This document shows positions 1 through 13,629 of a stretch of 64,000 nucleotides of DNA, one piece after another. The DNA comes from Octopus bimaculoides (taxonomy: Eukaryota): assembly GCF_001194135.2 (NCBI RefSeq), contig NC_068985.1, positions 1,358,609 through 1,422,608 of the forward strand, in the 5' to 3' direction. Positions within the stretch are counted from its first letter, which is position 1, and every line of letters starts with the position of its first letter. Both the position numbers and the translations under genes were made by a program. Below the pieces are notes generated by a model. The model worked only from the letters and a program-made list of their open reading frames with translations. It made no database searches and was not told the DNA's origin.

Positions 1-106
1 TATATATATATATATATTATATATTCATGCATAATATATGTATTCATAGATGATAGAACTTAATATAATATATACATTATATATACATTATATATTTATA
101 ATATGT

Positions 107-327
107 TGGTGTCACATAAAAAGCACCTGTGCTGACGCCACATAAAAAGCACCCACTAGACTTTGTGAAGAGGTTGGCATTAGGAAGGGCATCCAGCCAT
201 AGAAACCTTGCCAAAACAGACAATTGAAGCCTAGTGCAGCCCTCAAGTTTGCCAGCTCCTGTTAAGCCATCCAACCCAATCCAGTATGGAAAATGGACGT
301 TAAACGCACATGACAATGATGATGATG

Positions 328-329
<2 letters not shown>
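107..329 (+). mobile_element. RTE-LINE-type 3' tail repeat ending in (GAT)n
   Basis: CACATAAAAAGCACC x2, GGAAGGGCATCCAGCC, ...GGACGTTAAA..GATGATGAT; same terminus as the RTE fragment at 6857-7336. Confidence 0.75.
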
Positions 330-390
<61 letters not shown>

Positions 391-799
391 NNNNNNNNNN
401 ATATATATATATATATAGCATAAATGTGTGTGTGTGTTTGTGTATATATAAACTAATATATATAGACATACAACATCATAATGATGGATTTTATGACCCT
501 TGTTTTCTATACTAGCCAAGTTAGTTTGAAAATTTCAAACAAATTTTCTATGGGCAGATGTTCTCCCTGTTGCTAATGTCCATTTACTTTTCAAGAAACC
601 TATTTTTAATTCTCCTGATGTTCACATCATCATCATCATCATCACACATGTGTAGCATTTGTTTATTGGAGTAAAGTGGAGATCTGGGAGCAGAGTATTT
701 AAGACAGAAGTTATTGAACATAGACATGCATCTGTTAAATAAGACACAAATTCTATAAATATGTTGCCATATTGTGGAAGAACAATCTTGTAAGACTTT

Positions 800-1320
800 G
801 GCGAAGAAGTGTTATGAGAAAAATAAAACCAATTAATTCAGAATTTAAGATCAAAGAATTCAACTGGACTGAAGAACTCTGCAAAAGGAAGATGTGTTTA
901 AGTCATTGATAATATGGTTTGATGAAAGCAAATTCTACCAAATTTTCATTTTCAAAGCAAGAATATGTTGTGCAATAGAACTAAAAGATGGGAACCAGAT
1001 TGTTTGCAGAGAGAAGCTAAGCACTGAGTTGCTGCGGTAGTTGTATGAGGGTATTTTGGGGCATCAACAGGTCAGAGCTTGTTCTCATTGAAAATCATTA
1101 AAATAGCCAAGAATACAATAAAAATACTAGACAAGGATCTATTAACCATATGTTTCAATGTAGGAGTTGATAAGAAGAAGATGGAGCCCTATGCCTGCCA
1201 TAGAAGCAAGTTTGGCAAAAAAAACTCACAGAATCAAATTTCTGTTCAAATGATTGTTCAAAGTTTCAATCTTAATTCAACAGAAAATGCATGGGGACGT
1301 CTTGATCGGAAATTGTAAGC
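800..1320 (+). mobile_element. Decayed Tc1-family transposase
   Basis: WFDESKF at 915-935 (Tc1 WSDESKF motif) and LNSTENAWGRLDRKL near 1270-1315 (LNPIENLW motif); stops and frameshifts between. Confidence 0.7.
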
Positions 1321-3869
1321 AAGATTGTAAAAAATTTCATCAGTTACAACGTTCAAAGATTAAACACAAATTTGATGAAATGACAGAAGGATTCACATTA
1401 ATCCATTCTTTGGCCAAGAATTCATTCAGTTCTGCAATTAATCATCTAAATCCTCACTGGGTAACATTGGTCTTCAGTTAGCAAGTTTGGAAGTGATGGT
1501 GTAACTGTAGAATTATTAAACATTTGGTAGCATTTATGGTGCGCGAGACAGGACATTTTTCTCTAATTTGAGAGTAAAATAGCCTGGGAACCCGAGTTTT
1601 TCCTGAAGATATTGGTGAAGTCTACACCCTGTGATGTTTCTATATTGCTTTCCTTTTCATTGGATTTAATTAAGTCTCCCACTTGTAGTCCTCTTTGGAG
1701 CTGGCGTCTCTTCCATTAGCATTGTATTTCTGGATAGGCTTTGTACCTTCAGTCACTATAATTCTTAGGGTTCACGTGAGTGTGTCCAATACAATCATAG
1801 TCCTCACATTTAAACCACTAAAATAATTTATATTGAATTTTGCTAGTTACCTCAGCTGCATCTACAGCCATAACTACACAATGCTACTCTCCAAAATTTC
1901 TATGTAAGAATTATTGTTATTGGGAATCCTAAAAGTATTCTTATGCTTACCTCTTGTATCATTTCCTAATTTCAACAGTTGTACATTAGAAAATTATGCA
2001 GCTGGGAAAATATTATAAGACTAAACAGCATTTCTTACTACAGAAGAGAGCAAAGAGAAAAATTGTATTCCTTGGCTCTTGAAAGAATGAAAGCAGCCTG
2101 AATGTTCCCTCATGTTAGTTGACACAACCCCTCCTGGACGAATCAGGAGAAATCTTCTTCAGTAAAGAAAAATAAATGCTATCTAATGTACCTTTGAAAC
2201 AAAAAAAGGAAGCCAAAATACAAGTTGAATTTGTCAAACACACCTCTGACTATAAATTTGTGCCCTGTACATGGGTAAAAGAAACATAAATTTGACAATA
2301 AAAGACATTGGAAATGACATAGATCTGATGTTAGCTATCATTTTGTATTGCCATAAGGATGGGTTCTCACAACAAGGCTAATGAAAGGGAACATGTAGTC
2401 AGAGGACCCATCAAATGGGTTTTACCAGTCCTAATAACACCCAAAGGCCACAGAGCCATATTGAAACAATAGCCCAGGTGTTGAGATAAAGAGCATGAGA
2501 TTAATGATACAGGGCAGAAAGCCTCGATGCTTGTATAATTGTCAATAATAAAACTCAATGCCTGAGAGAGCAGGGAAGTCTAAGTAAAAAAAAACCCCAA
2601 AGAACAAGAAAAATCATCAAGGTCAGCTTCAACAGCAGAAAGAACAACAAATTCAGTTTCTAGAGCATCTCCAGTCAAAACTCTGGGAATGGCAAATGGA
2701 ATAGCTTTATATTATGCATTGTTAGGAAGAGATAAGCAAACAGCCCATTGCCTCATGGTGCCTTACCTCTGTAATGCAACATGAAAGAAACGAAAACTAC
2801 AAATAAAAGAAAACTTTAAAAGTATTGATGAAAATGCAAAAAGAAAAAATTTCAAAAAAGATAATTCAATGTAAAACAATGAAAAGGAGTGAAGACAGAC
2901 AGTTTCTTCACAAGAACAGTTATAAGCTTCCTTGGGAATATAATGAATGAAATGAAAAGAGCAAAGGTTAACAGGGATTCACCATACAATGTCTAAGGCA
3001 AACGAGAAGAGTTACGAAGTTTATAGAAAGTGAAGAGAGTGCACTGCCAGTCTTCATTCTCTATAGAAGGCAAGAAACCTCTTCCCTTACCAACAAATTC
3101 TTTCCTGCTGCCAGATTTCAAGCCACTTCTCTGTCACAGCTGAGTACCAAATCCTACCCATTTAAATTACCCTCTACTGTTATCCTCCTCCTCCACCTCC
3201 TCTCTCATTTTCCCCATTGCACTTTCTTTGAATTTCTTCCTCTGCTCCATTTCACAGTAAACTGTTACACACCACCATTACTCATTCCAAAATAGCAACC
3301 CTACCGACCCTGTACCTTAACTGTGCCTTTGTAAAAGGACGACCAGTGCCAGTGATGAGAACCATTCTCCACCATATTGCTGGTAGTTTGTATGCGGGGA
3401 AAACAAAAAGCTTTTCTAACATAAAACTTTTAGTGGAAAGAGTTGGTCGACAGAGTTTGATTCTCAAACTAGTAACCACAGAGATCGATGGAATATTGAT
3501 CTTTATGGTTGGTGGGATTAAAAATAAAATTTGTTTAATTTAATGTGCCTAATCACGCATATTCTACAAGTAGCCAAGGAGATACCCTGCATCCTATCTG
3601 TGACACCTGAAAGCTAAGTGCTGAGAGGTGAGTGTACACGGCAACACCTGATGCAATGTTCAACACTTCTAAGATGCCAAAGAATTATTCATAACAGTGG
3701 AAACGCCAGAAACTAAGTCCATCTCACAAAGCTGCACCTTTGATGACACTATGCAATGTTTTTTTGCAGCTATTTAATTATATATTTTGCTCTTCCCAGC
3801 AGTTTTAATAACACCTCAGGGAGTCACATAATGACCATATTATGCATAATCAATAGTTGCTAAAACACC

Positions 3870-4400
3870 TGAATATTTGGCAGTTTATTTTTTGTGGGAG
3901 TGTTTTGGTAGGTGCTGATATTAGGATTCACAGTTGAGTGGTATTTCGAAGGTGGCTTTGTTAACGTCCCTCTCTCTCTTCTCTTTTTCTTACCTCTTCT
4001 CTCCCCTCTCTCTCCTCCTCTCTCTCCTCCTCTGTGTGTATGTGTATATTTGAATTTTGTTTTGGTCAAGATTAAAGGGTTTCAAAACTTACTTGTGTGT
4101 AAATTCTGTATTTCATAGGATTTGGTATATCAATTATTTAAGGTTGAGCGATTTTTTAATATGCTTTTATGCGAGTGTTTTTGATCAAAGTTTGTTTTTT
4201 ATTGGTGTCTTTGTTTGGATAAGAAGTGCAATGCATTGTTCGTTTAATCTGTTTGTGACTCAATTCTTGTGAATGAAAATTTTTTTGTAAGGTTTGATGT
4301 ATATTTGTGGCTTTGTGGTTGTGTGTATATGTGCATAAGATGTATTACATGTTTAATTTGGGTTGGCTATTTACATTGGATTCAAATTAATGGCAGTTTC
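3870..4400 (-). mobile_element. Highly decayed possible Penelope-like relic
   Basis: Minus-strand IYQIL*NT resembling a GIY-YIG start, plus HSTVNPNI; weak and interrupted by microsatellites. Confidence 0.3.
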
Positions 4401-4401
4401 A

Positions 4402-4436
<35 letters not shown>

Positions 4437-4914
4437 CGTGTGCGTGTGTGTGCATTTTATTGTTGTTGTTAGCTGCTGATTAATCCTGTTTGGAGTTCTG
4501 ATCCTTTTTTGAAGATGAATTTATGTTAATGTCTGCAGTGTGAGCTAATCTCATTTCTCTTGTCATGTAAAAGTGTGTATTGTATGATTTTATTAGATAT
4601 TTCTGTGATGCACAGAGAGTAAATATTCAGGGACAATATATATTTATGATGGTGCACTGTCTAAACAAATTACATTATGAAAGTAACATTTTAACCACTG
4701 GAAAATTTAGGAGCAGATAAAATTGCTATATTCAATTTTAATTCATTTCTCAATGGTACAGTTTATTAAGTGTTACAAAATTCTATCACACTTTTAGTAC
4801 TTAGTTGCTGACAGGTTTCTACTGCAGACTAAGATCTGCAGGAGATATGTGACTAAGTCATAAAAGTGAAACAGAACAGAACAGATCCTCTAAGTATTAG
4901 TATTATTGTTTTTA

Positions 4915-5990
4915 TTTAGCTTGGGTTGAATTTATTAATAAAGTTCTTCTCCCTGATTTTCTTTTTCAATTTCACTTGGACTGTGTAGCTGGTAGAATGG
5001 AAATATTATATTTTCCAGCCACATGTTGCTAGATGGCTACTCAGAGGTATCTGACGAACATCTGGGTCTCTAATTTGCTGTTGGTGCACACGTGGATGTT
5101 CTGATTGTGCATTTCCAGTCTGACCCCCACATAGTTCTTCACAATTTGATGCAGTGAATTAAACTTTTGCTTTTTCAGTTCATATTTGCATTTGTGAATA
5201 TTTTTCCAGTTTTTGTGTTCATATATTGGCCAGTATTATGAACTGGCATGTGCTACATCGGCTATCATTGCTTTTAGATACAGTGAATGATTGATCTTTG
5301 TTGCTGAGGTCAAACTTCACCTTTGTTAATAATTTTTTCAAGTTTTTAGGCTGTCTTTTATGAAGAACCATAGCTCGATCTGTGATTATATGTTTTAATT
5401 CATTACTTTGAGCAATGACTGGAAGGTTTGCTTTGGCAATGTTGAAGATATTCTGGTGACATGGGTGGTGTGTCACTATAAATGGTATGACTTGTTCTTG
5501 TTTTCCTCTTCTTTGAGTAGTCCTAAGTTGTTGTATGGATATTTTTCTAGCCAGCTGTATGCCATTTTCTATAAGTAGAGACGGGTAGTTTTGTTTCAGC
5601 AAAAATTCTCTTAGTTCTGTTAGGTGTTTGTTCCTGATATTTGCATCTTCTACAATGGTACAAATTCTTCTGGCTTGAAAGTATAGGATGTTGTGTTTTA
5701 TATGTGGTGGATGGCAGGACTTAAATTTCAGGTATTGATCTGTGTCCGTGTGTTTGTAGTATATATCTGGGATAATGGTGGTGTCTTTTTTAATTACCAT
5801 TATATCTAGGAATGGTAATTTAGTACTACTCATCTCCTTTGTAAATTGGGGAGACAGGTGTAGGTTGTTCAGGAGGATATTGAACTCTTCCAGAGTATTT
5901 AGAAATTCTGTCCAGATTATGAAACAATTGTCAAGGTATCTCATCCATGCCTTTTCAATATAATTTCTTGGATCTTTGTGATTTGACGGC
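4915..5990 (-). mobile_element. Penelope-like element fragment: RT C-terminus, Cys linker and GIY-YIG endonuclease
   Basis: ORF 5219-5944 RYLDNCFIIW, LPFLDI, IYYKHTDTDQYLKFKSCHP, RCSTC; then frameshifted GQTG, HQQQIRDPDVRQIPLSSHL and a terminal INKFNPS-like motif near 4920-4945. Confidence 0.9.
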
Positions 5991-6714
5991 CAACACTTGT
6001 TTTCTTAACGAAACGCTTTCAAACTTGGGACACTGGTAGAATGTGTCATACAAAACAACATTTTCTCTTAGCCTTCTTAACAAAAAATTGTACATCGCAA
6101 GTTATTTCATGTTAAAGTTGTCGTATTTCTGTAATTTCAACAAATCACTGACAACAATAATAAAGGAGATGATAATAATTGAAATGTAAAAATCCCAGGG
6201 AAATGTTGTTTACAACATTTCTAAAAATAGCCCATCAATTACTGCTAAGATCAAATACAGATCTCTTGACATGTTCAACAAACCATGATGCCTAAACCAA
6301 ACACCAATCAACTTAATTAATTTAGTAAGATCACACACTGATTGGTCAGAATACAGTTAGCAAAAATTAACATTCTGGAGCCTATACAAATGTATTTAAG
6401 GCACACAGTTGAGCCATCTCACTACAGTTGCAAATTGTAGAACATAACTGTCACCACCTGAAGATTGCATAGTTTAATGCACAAAAGTACTAGTTCAACC
6501 AAAATGGACAAGGTTTATTTAAACAAAAATTCATACACAGCATCAATTTCACATTTGTAGGATTTGCAATAGTTTACAGTTTTGAGGAATGCAAATATGT
6601 GCGACAAACTGTAGTTTCAAAGCAATAATGATATAAATAAATCTTCATATATACTTTCTGCACATTTTCAACTTCATTTTTTTCTTTTATATTACTAGTT
6701 GTATAGATTATTAA

Positions 6715-6848
6715 CTCTCTCTCTCCCACTCTCTTTGTCTCTCTCTCTTTCTCCCTCTCTGTCTCTCTCTCACTTTCTCTCTTTGTCTCTGCCACTCTCT
6801 CCCACTCTCTCTGTCTCTGTCTCTTTCTCCCTCTCTCTCTATCTCTGA
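6715..6848. repeat. (CT)n/(CTGT)n microsatellite
   Basis: Direct reading. Confidence 0.95.
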
Positions 6849-6856
6849 CAGCTGCA

Positions 6857-7336
6857 TAAAGAAGTGTCAAGCTCTAATTGTGGAGGGTACTGTGGAAGGG
6901 GTAAACCCAAGAAGGTGTGGAATGAAGTGGTAGGAACGGATCTTCTGACCCTGGGCCTCACTGAGGAAATGACAAGGGACCAGGAGATGTGGCAGTTTGC
7001 TTTACTTGCTTATATGTGTCAAGCTAAGTAAACTCGCTCTTATTCATACATACAGGCTTGTCCTTTCAGGTACAGATGCCACTTAAAAAGCGCCCATGCT
7101 GGTGCTATGTTAACACACTCGTGCTGGTGCTGCCTAGATGCACACATGCTGGTCACACATGAAAAGCACCCATCACACCCTATTAAATGGTTGGTGCTAG
7201 GAAGAGCATCCAGCCGTAGAAACCATGCCACAACAGACAGTTGGAGTCTGGATAGTTCTCTACTAGTCAGCTCCATGTCAAACCGTGCAGCCCATGCCAG
7301 CATGGAATGCAGATGTTAAATGAGGATGATGATGAT
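6857..7336 (+). mobile_element. 5'-truncated RTE LINE: RT C-terminus plus 3' UTR and (GAT)n tail
   Basis: KKCQALIVEGT/GRGKPKKVWNEVVGTDLLTLGLTEEMTRDQEMWQFA with one frameshift, running into the GGAAGAGCATCCAGCC...GATGTTAAA-GATGAT terminus. Confidence 0.85.
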
Positions 7337-7507
7337 ATCACTTTGTTTTTCCAAAACTAATGTCTTGTGGGCAAAATCCTTTGTGGGAAAGGTGACACCA
7401 CCCTTGTTGTGTATGCCAGAAAATTTTCTTCTTGGAAGGTCACATCAGTTTCCAGATATTACATCCAGAGAAAAAACATGTGCAAGATGACCGAATGCAT
7501 CAAGTAG

Positions 7508-7600
7508 AGACCATAAACTCGTGTCTCATTACCAGTGATGATGGTCTTCACGAAGTTCAGGTCATGGTCTGCCCAGTCCAGCATGTTCTGAACGATTTCC
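7508..7600 (-). mobile_element. Mariner transposase relic (first catalytic motif)
   Basis: QNMLDWADHDLNFVKTIITGNETRVYG, matching the mariner IITGDETWVY motif. Confidence 0.75.
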
Positions 7601-7619
7601 ATGCAGAGTTGTGCTACAC

Positions 7620-7713
7620 CTGGACTTCACAGATGATCTAACACTCATATCTAATGAAATAGATCAAGCACAACAGCTGCTCAACAGAGTAGAAACATCA
7701 GCTGCTAAAATAA
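7620..7713 (+). mobile_element. Non-LTR reverse transcriptase relic
   Basis: LDFTDDLTLISNEIDQAQQLLNRVETSAAKI, the RT FADD motif and following helix. Confidence 0.75.
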
Positions 7714-8089
7714 GGACCACAGACGAATATCAAGAAAGCTGAATGCTAAAACAAGTCCAAAGTCAGTCAGGGTGTCTAGGAGCTCATCTCTCAGTCACCA
7801 AGAGACAAACGTTTTGTAAGCAATTGTCAGGTTAATCAAGAGCTGTGTTCCATCCAATTCTCAGCAATTTAATCACTCTGTAGCAATAACAAAAACAGCA
7901 ACCATTCAACACCCTGGCTTCACTACATAACTACTACAACCCACACCTTGTCGAAATAACTCTTCAAATTCTTTAACTTTCAAGACTAAACCCAGAACTA
8001 CTGCTACTACTGCTACTACTGCTACCCTTAAAAACTTGCATTCAGTACAACACGCATGATTTTATTGAATAAAGTTTTCATTTTTCCAC

Positions 8090-8447
8090 ACAGTGTGACT
8101 CTGTGGTTAGAAGTTTGCTTCTCAATCACATGGTTCCGGGTTCAGTCCCACTGTGTAGCACCTTGGGCAAGTGTCTTCTACTATAGCCTAAGGCCAACCA
8201 AAGCCTTCTGAGTGGATTTGGTAAATGGAAACTGAAAGAAGCCCACTGTGTGTTTGTGTCCTTGTGTCTGTATTTGTACCCCAGCAACACTTGACAACCG
8301 GTGTAGGTGTGTTTACATCACTATAACTTAGCAGTTCAGCACAAGAGACTGATAAAATAAGTATCAGACTTAAAAATAAACTAAACAAGTACTGGAATCG
8401 ATTTGCTTGGTTAAAATTCTTCAAGGTGGTGCCCCAGCATCGCCACA
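8090..8447 (+). mobile_element. tRNA-headed SINE with CORE-like centre
   Basis: A box TGTGGTTAG, B-box-like GGTTCAGTCCC, CACCTTGGGCAAGTGTCTT core; homologous to 47855-48080 and 16100-16270. Confidence 0.8.
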
Positions 8448-8776
8448 AGATAAAAGAGAATCGCAAAGCTCACCTTAATCTTTACATTGCGAACATTTTA
8501 GGCAAAGTTCTTCTGGTCATCTGTTGATTGTTATATGTAATGTGGTGGAAGAATGTTTAGTTATGATTACATTGGAAACAAATGGGACTCTTTTAGCTTG
8601 ATATTGAGATCCCAAAAGGTCATAACCGGTCAAATGTCTTTAGAACAAGTCGAAATAGGAAGGCTTTTATGTAGTTAGGTTGTTTTAAAACTAAAAATGC
8701 ATGAATCATGAAGTTGTATAAATGAATTCCTTTTATAAAATTCTCAGTAAAAATTGATGAAATCCATTCGAATTTC

Positions 8777-8842
<66 letters not shown>

Positions 8843-8845
8843 TTC
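8777..8845. repeat. (TAA)n microsatellite
   Basis: Direct reading. Confidence 0.95.
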
Positions 8846-11302
8846 ACTTATTCTAACTGATTTTATAAGAAATTTTCAAACATTCTATGTGCATTTTACC
8901 TTAACATTATGTGTAAATGAACAATCCTAAAGAATATCTCAGGTCAAAACTTTTGTATGTATTGCAATTTTATTGTGTACCATTTTCAATATTATTAGGA
9001 CATCGAAACCGTTTATTTTAATATTGTAAAATAGATAAATAGATAAATAAATACAAAATATAACAAAGCATGGATCACTAGAATAAGCAGGAACCCAAAT
9101 AAATTCTGTTATGTCTATTTGGATTCTGATTAGAATTTTTGCTGGAGTTGACAATGATATGCATTTCTGCAAGAATGGATTGTGCATCTTCTTTTCAACA
9201 ATTGTGTCTCTCCCAATTTGTATGACCTCACCAATGTTGAACTTCTGTATTAATATTGCTGTTATCTATCTTATCGTTTCAGATATGGGAAGCTGAAATA
9301 TTAAATATTCTTCTCAGTGGCATTATCCAAAGAATATATAAACAATTTCAAATAAGAGCTAAACCTACTTTGCAAAATACATATAATTCAACAAGACTAA
9401 GAAATACAGAAATATCATTACTACAACTGCACACCCAACTTGCCCCCCCCCAACCACCCACCTCATTCTACATTTTTATCACCCTTCTCTCTCTCTCTCT
9501 CTCTCTCTTTCTCACATGCAGACAGACATACATACACAGAATTATGTAATTCTATTCATACATACAAGATTGATTCTATAAAACTTTCAACAAATAAAAC
9601 AGTATTCATTGAAATCAATTTCATTTTTGTTCTGTAGAATGATTCTGTATCAGGCTGAAAGATCAAAGACCTCCTGCCGTATCTATTGTCTTTGTTGTTG
9701 TTGTTGCTTTTCTATTGGCTGGAATCTGGGATCAGAATCCCAGATTAGAACCTAATCGACAAGAACCACAAACGTCACTATGAATTATAGACACTCCCAT
9801 CAGATTCGCTTTTAAATCATTAATACTTATGAAGCAGAAAATATTAACAGGAATAACAAAAACAACAATATTAACAACAATAACAGCAACAATAACAACA
9901 ACATGTAAAAACTAAATTAATCATCATTATCAGCAACAACAAGGGCAACAGACTAAAATGCTTTGTGGAATTTGTCCTGGCTCCTTCAGGTTTTAAGTTC
10001 AGATTCTTCCAAGGTCAATGCTGCCTTTCCTTTCTCTGGATCAATAAAGGCCCAGAGTAGAGAAGGGGTTGATATCAACTGTTCTCTCCCTCTCAAAATT
10101 TATGGACTTGTGGCTTTATGACAGACCCTTATCAATACCAACAGTAGCAGCACTGGCAACATTAACAGAACCGTTGAGGGAGCCTTCACTCAGTCACGGG
10201 ATCTGCCAGAAATGAATGCTAAAGGTCCCCGAAATCGCCCTCTGATGTCCTATATATAAAGAAGAGACATTAAATGAAGTCATCTTATAAAGTGCTAACA
10301 AGACAAGATGGCCATCACTGGAATGTATTTGATGATAGATATGTTTAGTTCTGGCTGTGCTGGGGTTAAACGATGGCAACATTTTGATAGCCATGTGCAG
10401 ATGTATCATTTTCAAATATATCGTTATCAGCACCACTGCCGCCATCGACAGTACCAGCACTATGAACTACAAAGACTCGAGTATATATACACATGTATAT
10501 ACTTATACATACACACACATGATGATGATTATATATATACTATATATATATATATGATATATATATATGTTTGTATGTATATATACACACACACACATAC
10601 ATACGTACATATACATATATATATATGTATGCATCTATACAGGCACACAAACATACATACATATATTTACGTAAAAATGCATTACTATTAAACTGTACCA
10701 CAAACACCCGCAAAATGCCAAAAACAAAACAGAAACATAGAAACAACAGCCAAAATAACAAATATATCACCGTGTTTTTGTTGTTGGTGTTGTTGCTTTT
10801 CTTTCTTTCATGTTAATTATAATGTTCCTATTTGCTTGATTTATTTTAATTTTCTGTCATTTCTCTCCACTATTTGTTATTTGATGTTTTATTTATATAT
10901 TTTGCTATGTTCTGTGTAATTTCCTGGTTTTGTTATCAGCAAGTTTGGATATCTTCATTAATATAATTTGTGTTGCTTTACAATATTAATAGATTATTTG
11001 CTGATACTATTTAATCGAGGAGGAACCGGGTAACTCCTGATCGACTCTTATCGCGACCATATTATTGTTAGAAAACAGAAAAAAATTGTAGATACACATT
11101 TACACATGAGTTTATTCATATCTGTGTGTGTGTGTATGTGTGTGTGTGTGTGTGTGTGTGGCTGTGTGTGTGCGTAGGTGTGGCTCTGTGTGTGTGTAAA
11201 TAGGGTGAGAGAGATGGAAAGAGAATTATGAGTTTGTATTTGCAAATATTTCTACAAACAAAAAGCTAAAAATAATAGCTGTTGTTATTGTCATCCTTTC
11301 AA

Positions 11303-12162
11303 CTATGGGAACAAGGCCTGAAATGTGGTGGGAGGTGGGCTTGTCGATTACATCGACCCCCAATGCTCACCTGGTACATGTTATATCGACCCTGAAAAGA
11401 TGAAAGGCAAACTTGACCTTTGTGGAATTTGAACTCGGAACATAAAGCTGGATGAAATGCCACGAAGCATTCCAACAATTCTTCCAGCACACCACTTTAA
11501 ATAATACTTTCTACTGAAGGCACAAGGCCTGAAATTTGGTAGGAGGTGGGGGACTAGTTGATAACATCAACCCCAGTGTTTCACTGGTATTGACCCTGAA
11601 AGGATGAAAGGCAAAGTCGACCTTGGCAGAATTTGAACCCAGAATGTAGTGATGGGCGAAATACTGCTAAACATTTAACCTGGCATGCTAATGATTCTTA
11701 TTTCTTTATTGCTCACAAGGGGCTAAACATAGAGGGGACAAACAAGGACAGATAAACGGATTAAGTCGATTACATTGACCCCAGTGCGTAACTGGTACTT
11801 AATTTATCAACCCCGTAAGGATGAAAGGCAAAGTTGACCTCGGCAGAATTTGAACTCAGGATGTAACAGCAGACGAAATCCTGCTAAGCATTTCGCCCGG
11901 CGTGCTAACCACTCTGCCAGCTGTCCACCTTCATCCCTTTAAATAATATAATAACCTGCTCTACTGAAGGCACAAGGCCTGACATTTGTGGGGTGGGAGC
12001 AAGTGGATTACAATGACCCCAGTGTTTCACTGGTACATAATTTATCAACCCTGAAAGGATAAAAGGCAAAGTGGGCTTTGGCAGAGTTTGAACTCAGAAC
12101 ATAGAGATGGATAAAATGCCTCTAAGCATTTTGCCTGGCGTACAATTGGTTCTGCCAGCTGG
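11303..12162 (-). mobile_element. Tandem cluster of four tRNA-headed SINEs (Meta-like core), two tail types
   Basis: Four GATGAAAGGCAAAGTCGACC-type cores at about 11400, 11603, 11820 and 12058, all on the same strand. Confidence 0.85.
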
Positions 12163-12499
12163 ATGACATAATGGTTTATGTGAAAAATGAGAAACGGCTT
12201 GACAGTCTTGTACATACTATCCACATTTTCTCAAATGATGTAAGCGTGAAATTTGGGATAGAAAAGTGAGCTATACTGAAAATGAAACCAGGAAATTGAA
12301 ATGCAAACAATGGGCAAACAATGAGAGAGCAATTGAGAAAGAAGAGTGGTACTTGGGAATACTGAAAGCAGACAAAATAAAAAAAAATAAAGATATGAAA
12401 TAAATTACCAGTAGAGAGTATACAAGGAGAGTCAGAAAATTATTGCAGTCAAAATTGAATTTAAAAAAACAGAAAACTGAATTCCAAAAATGTATGTGC

Positions 12500-12708
12500 T
12501 CACTTCTTCCATCGAACCGTCGTTGCCTAAACAGGTGGGTGTATGGGGTACCACACATCAGGTGTTGAATAATCACTAAGCAATGTGAGATGGAGTGTTT
12601 TGAACAGAATACAACGAACCTCCTGGTCCAGGTATTGAAACCAAGATTTCTTGTTTGTGAGTGTAACAGTTTCACCACTGGGCCATGCATCCTCACCACT
12701 GGGCCATC
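12500..12708 (-). mobile_element. tRNA-headed SINE with duplicated 5' end
   Basis: Minus strand ATGGCCCAGTGGTGA twice, then GGTTTCAATACC B box. Confidence 0.6.
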
Positions 12709-13332
12709 ATAGAGCTTGTTATATCACAGAAATGCTTAAAAAGAAATTAATGACAACAGATATAGTTCTCCCAGAGTTTACAGATTAATCCAACAGCTAC
12801 ACGTCAGATAATCATAGAAAATAATTTTGCTCTGAAAATAATAACCAAAGAATGTGAGCCCAATTAAATAGATGTCATATCCAACAAATAGAAAAATAAA
12901 TAAGCTGTATAATAAAGAGAAAAGGTTTTCATATATTAATGTGGATTGTAACTACTTGCTCATAGTTTTTAAAAACTGACCAGAAATATTGGCAGAAGAT
13001 CTCACTTGTCTAATAAAGAAATCTTTGATACAGCTGCACGCTATTATAATAATGCAGCAGAAGCTATCAGCTTAATGATAAGATTAAATACATCTTTAAT
13101 CTTTTCTGCCCACAAACAGAAAGACATGTCATAATATTATCTGGTTCATTTCTCTTTTCTTGCTAATGTTTAATCTAAGATTGTTCAAAATTGGTTAGTC
13201 TTGATATAAAATCATTTTCCTGTTAACCATTGTTATAAGAAATTATTTCATAAAAATATTAAACATAATTATTAGTACAAGCAGTATAAAAACTCCTTAT
13301 AAGAAATAACTCAACTACATTAAAAACCGTAA

Positions 13333-13629
13333 ATTATTCCGGATGTGGAACCGAGTGCATTCTTGGCTTGGTTGAAATTCCTCTATTGTAATGAAGTCCA
13401 AGTTAATCCCGAGACCGTCATGACGACTCTGTATGCTGCTAAAAAATACTCTGTGCAGGCACTGGAGAAGGAATGTGTTGAGTTTTTGGAAGGTAACCTC
13501 TCCAGTGACAATGCCTTTTTGTTGCTCAGCCAAGCGAGACTGTTTGATGAGTCACATTTAGCTTCACTCTGTCAGGAAACCATTGATAAGAATACTTCGG
13601 AGATCCTCGCAGCTGAAGGCTTCACAGAT
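13333..13629 (+). pseudogene. BTBD2: Intronless BTBD1/BTBD2-like fragment (BTB C-terminal half plus BACK start), probable truncated retrocopy
   Basis: [99 protein letters not shown]; in-frame TAA at 13330 with no acceptor AG in between; no donor where homology ends. Confidence 0.8.

Noticed and set aside
3571-3633. GAG|GTGAGT donor with an upstream branch-like motif
   Set aside because: All three frames contain stops; a non-coding exon cannot be supported without reads.
9723-9746. Perfect 10-bp hairpin AATCTGGGAT/ATCCCAGATT
   Set aside because: Short and isolated; not clearly above chance.
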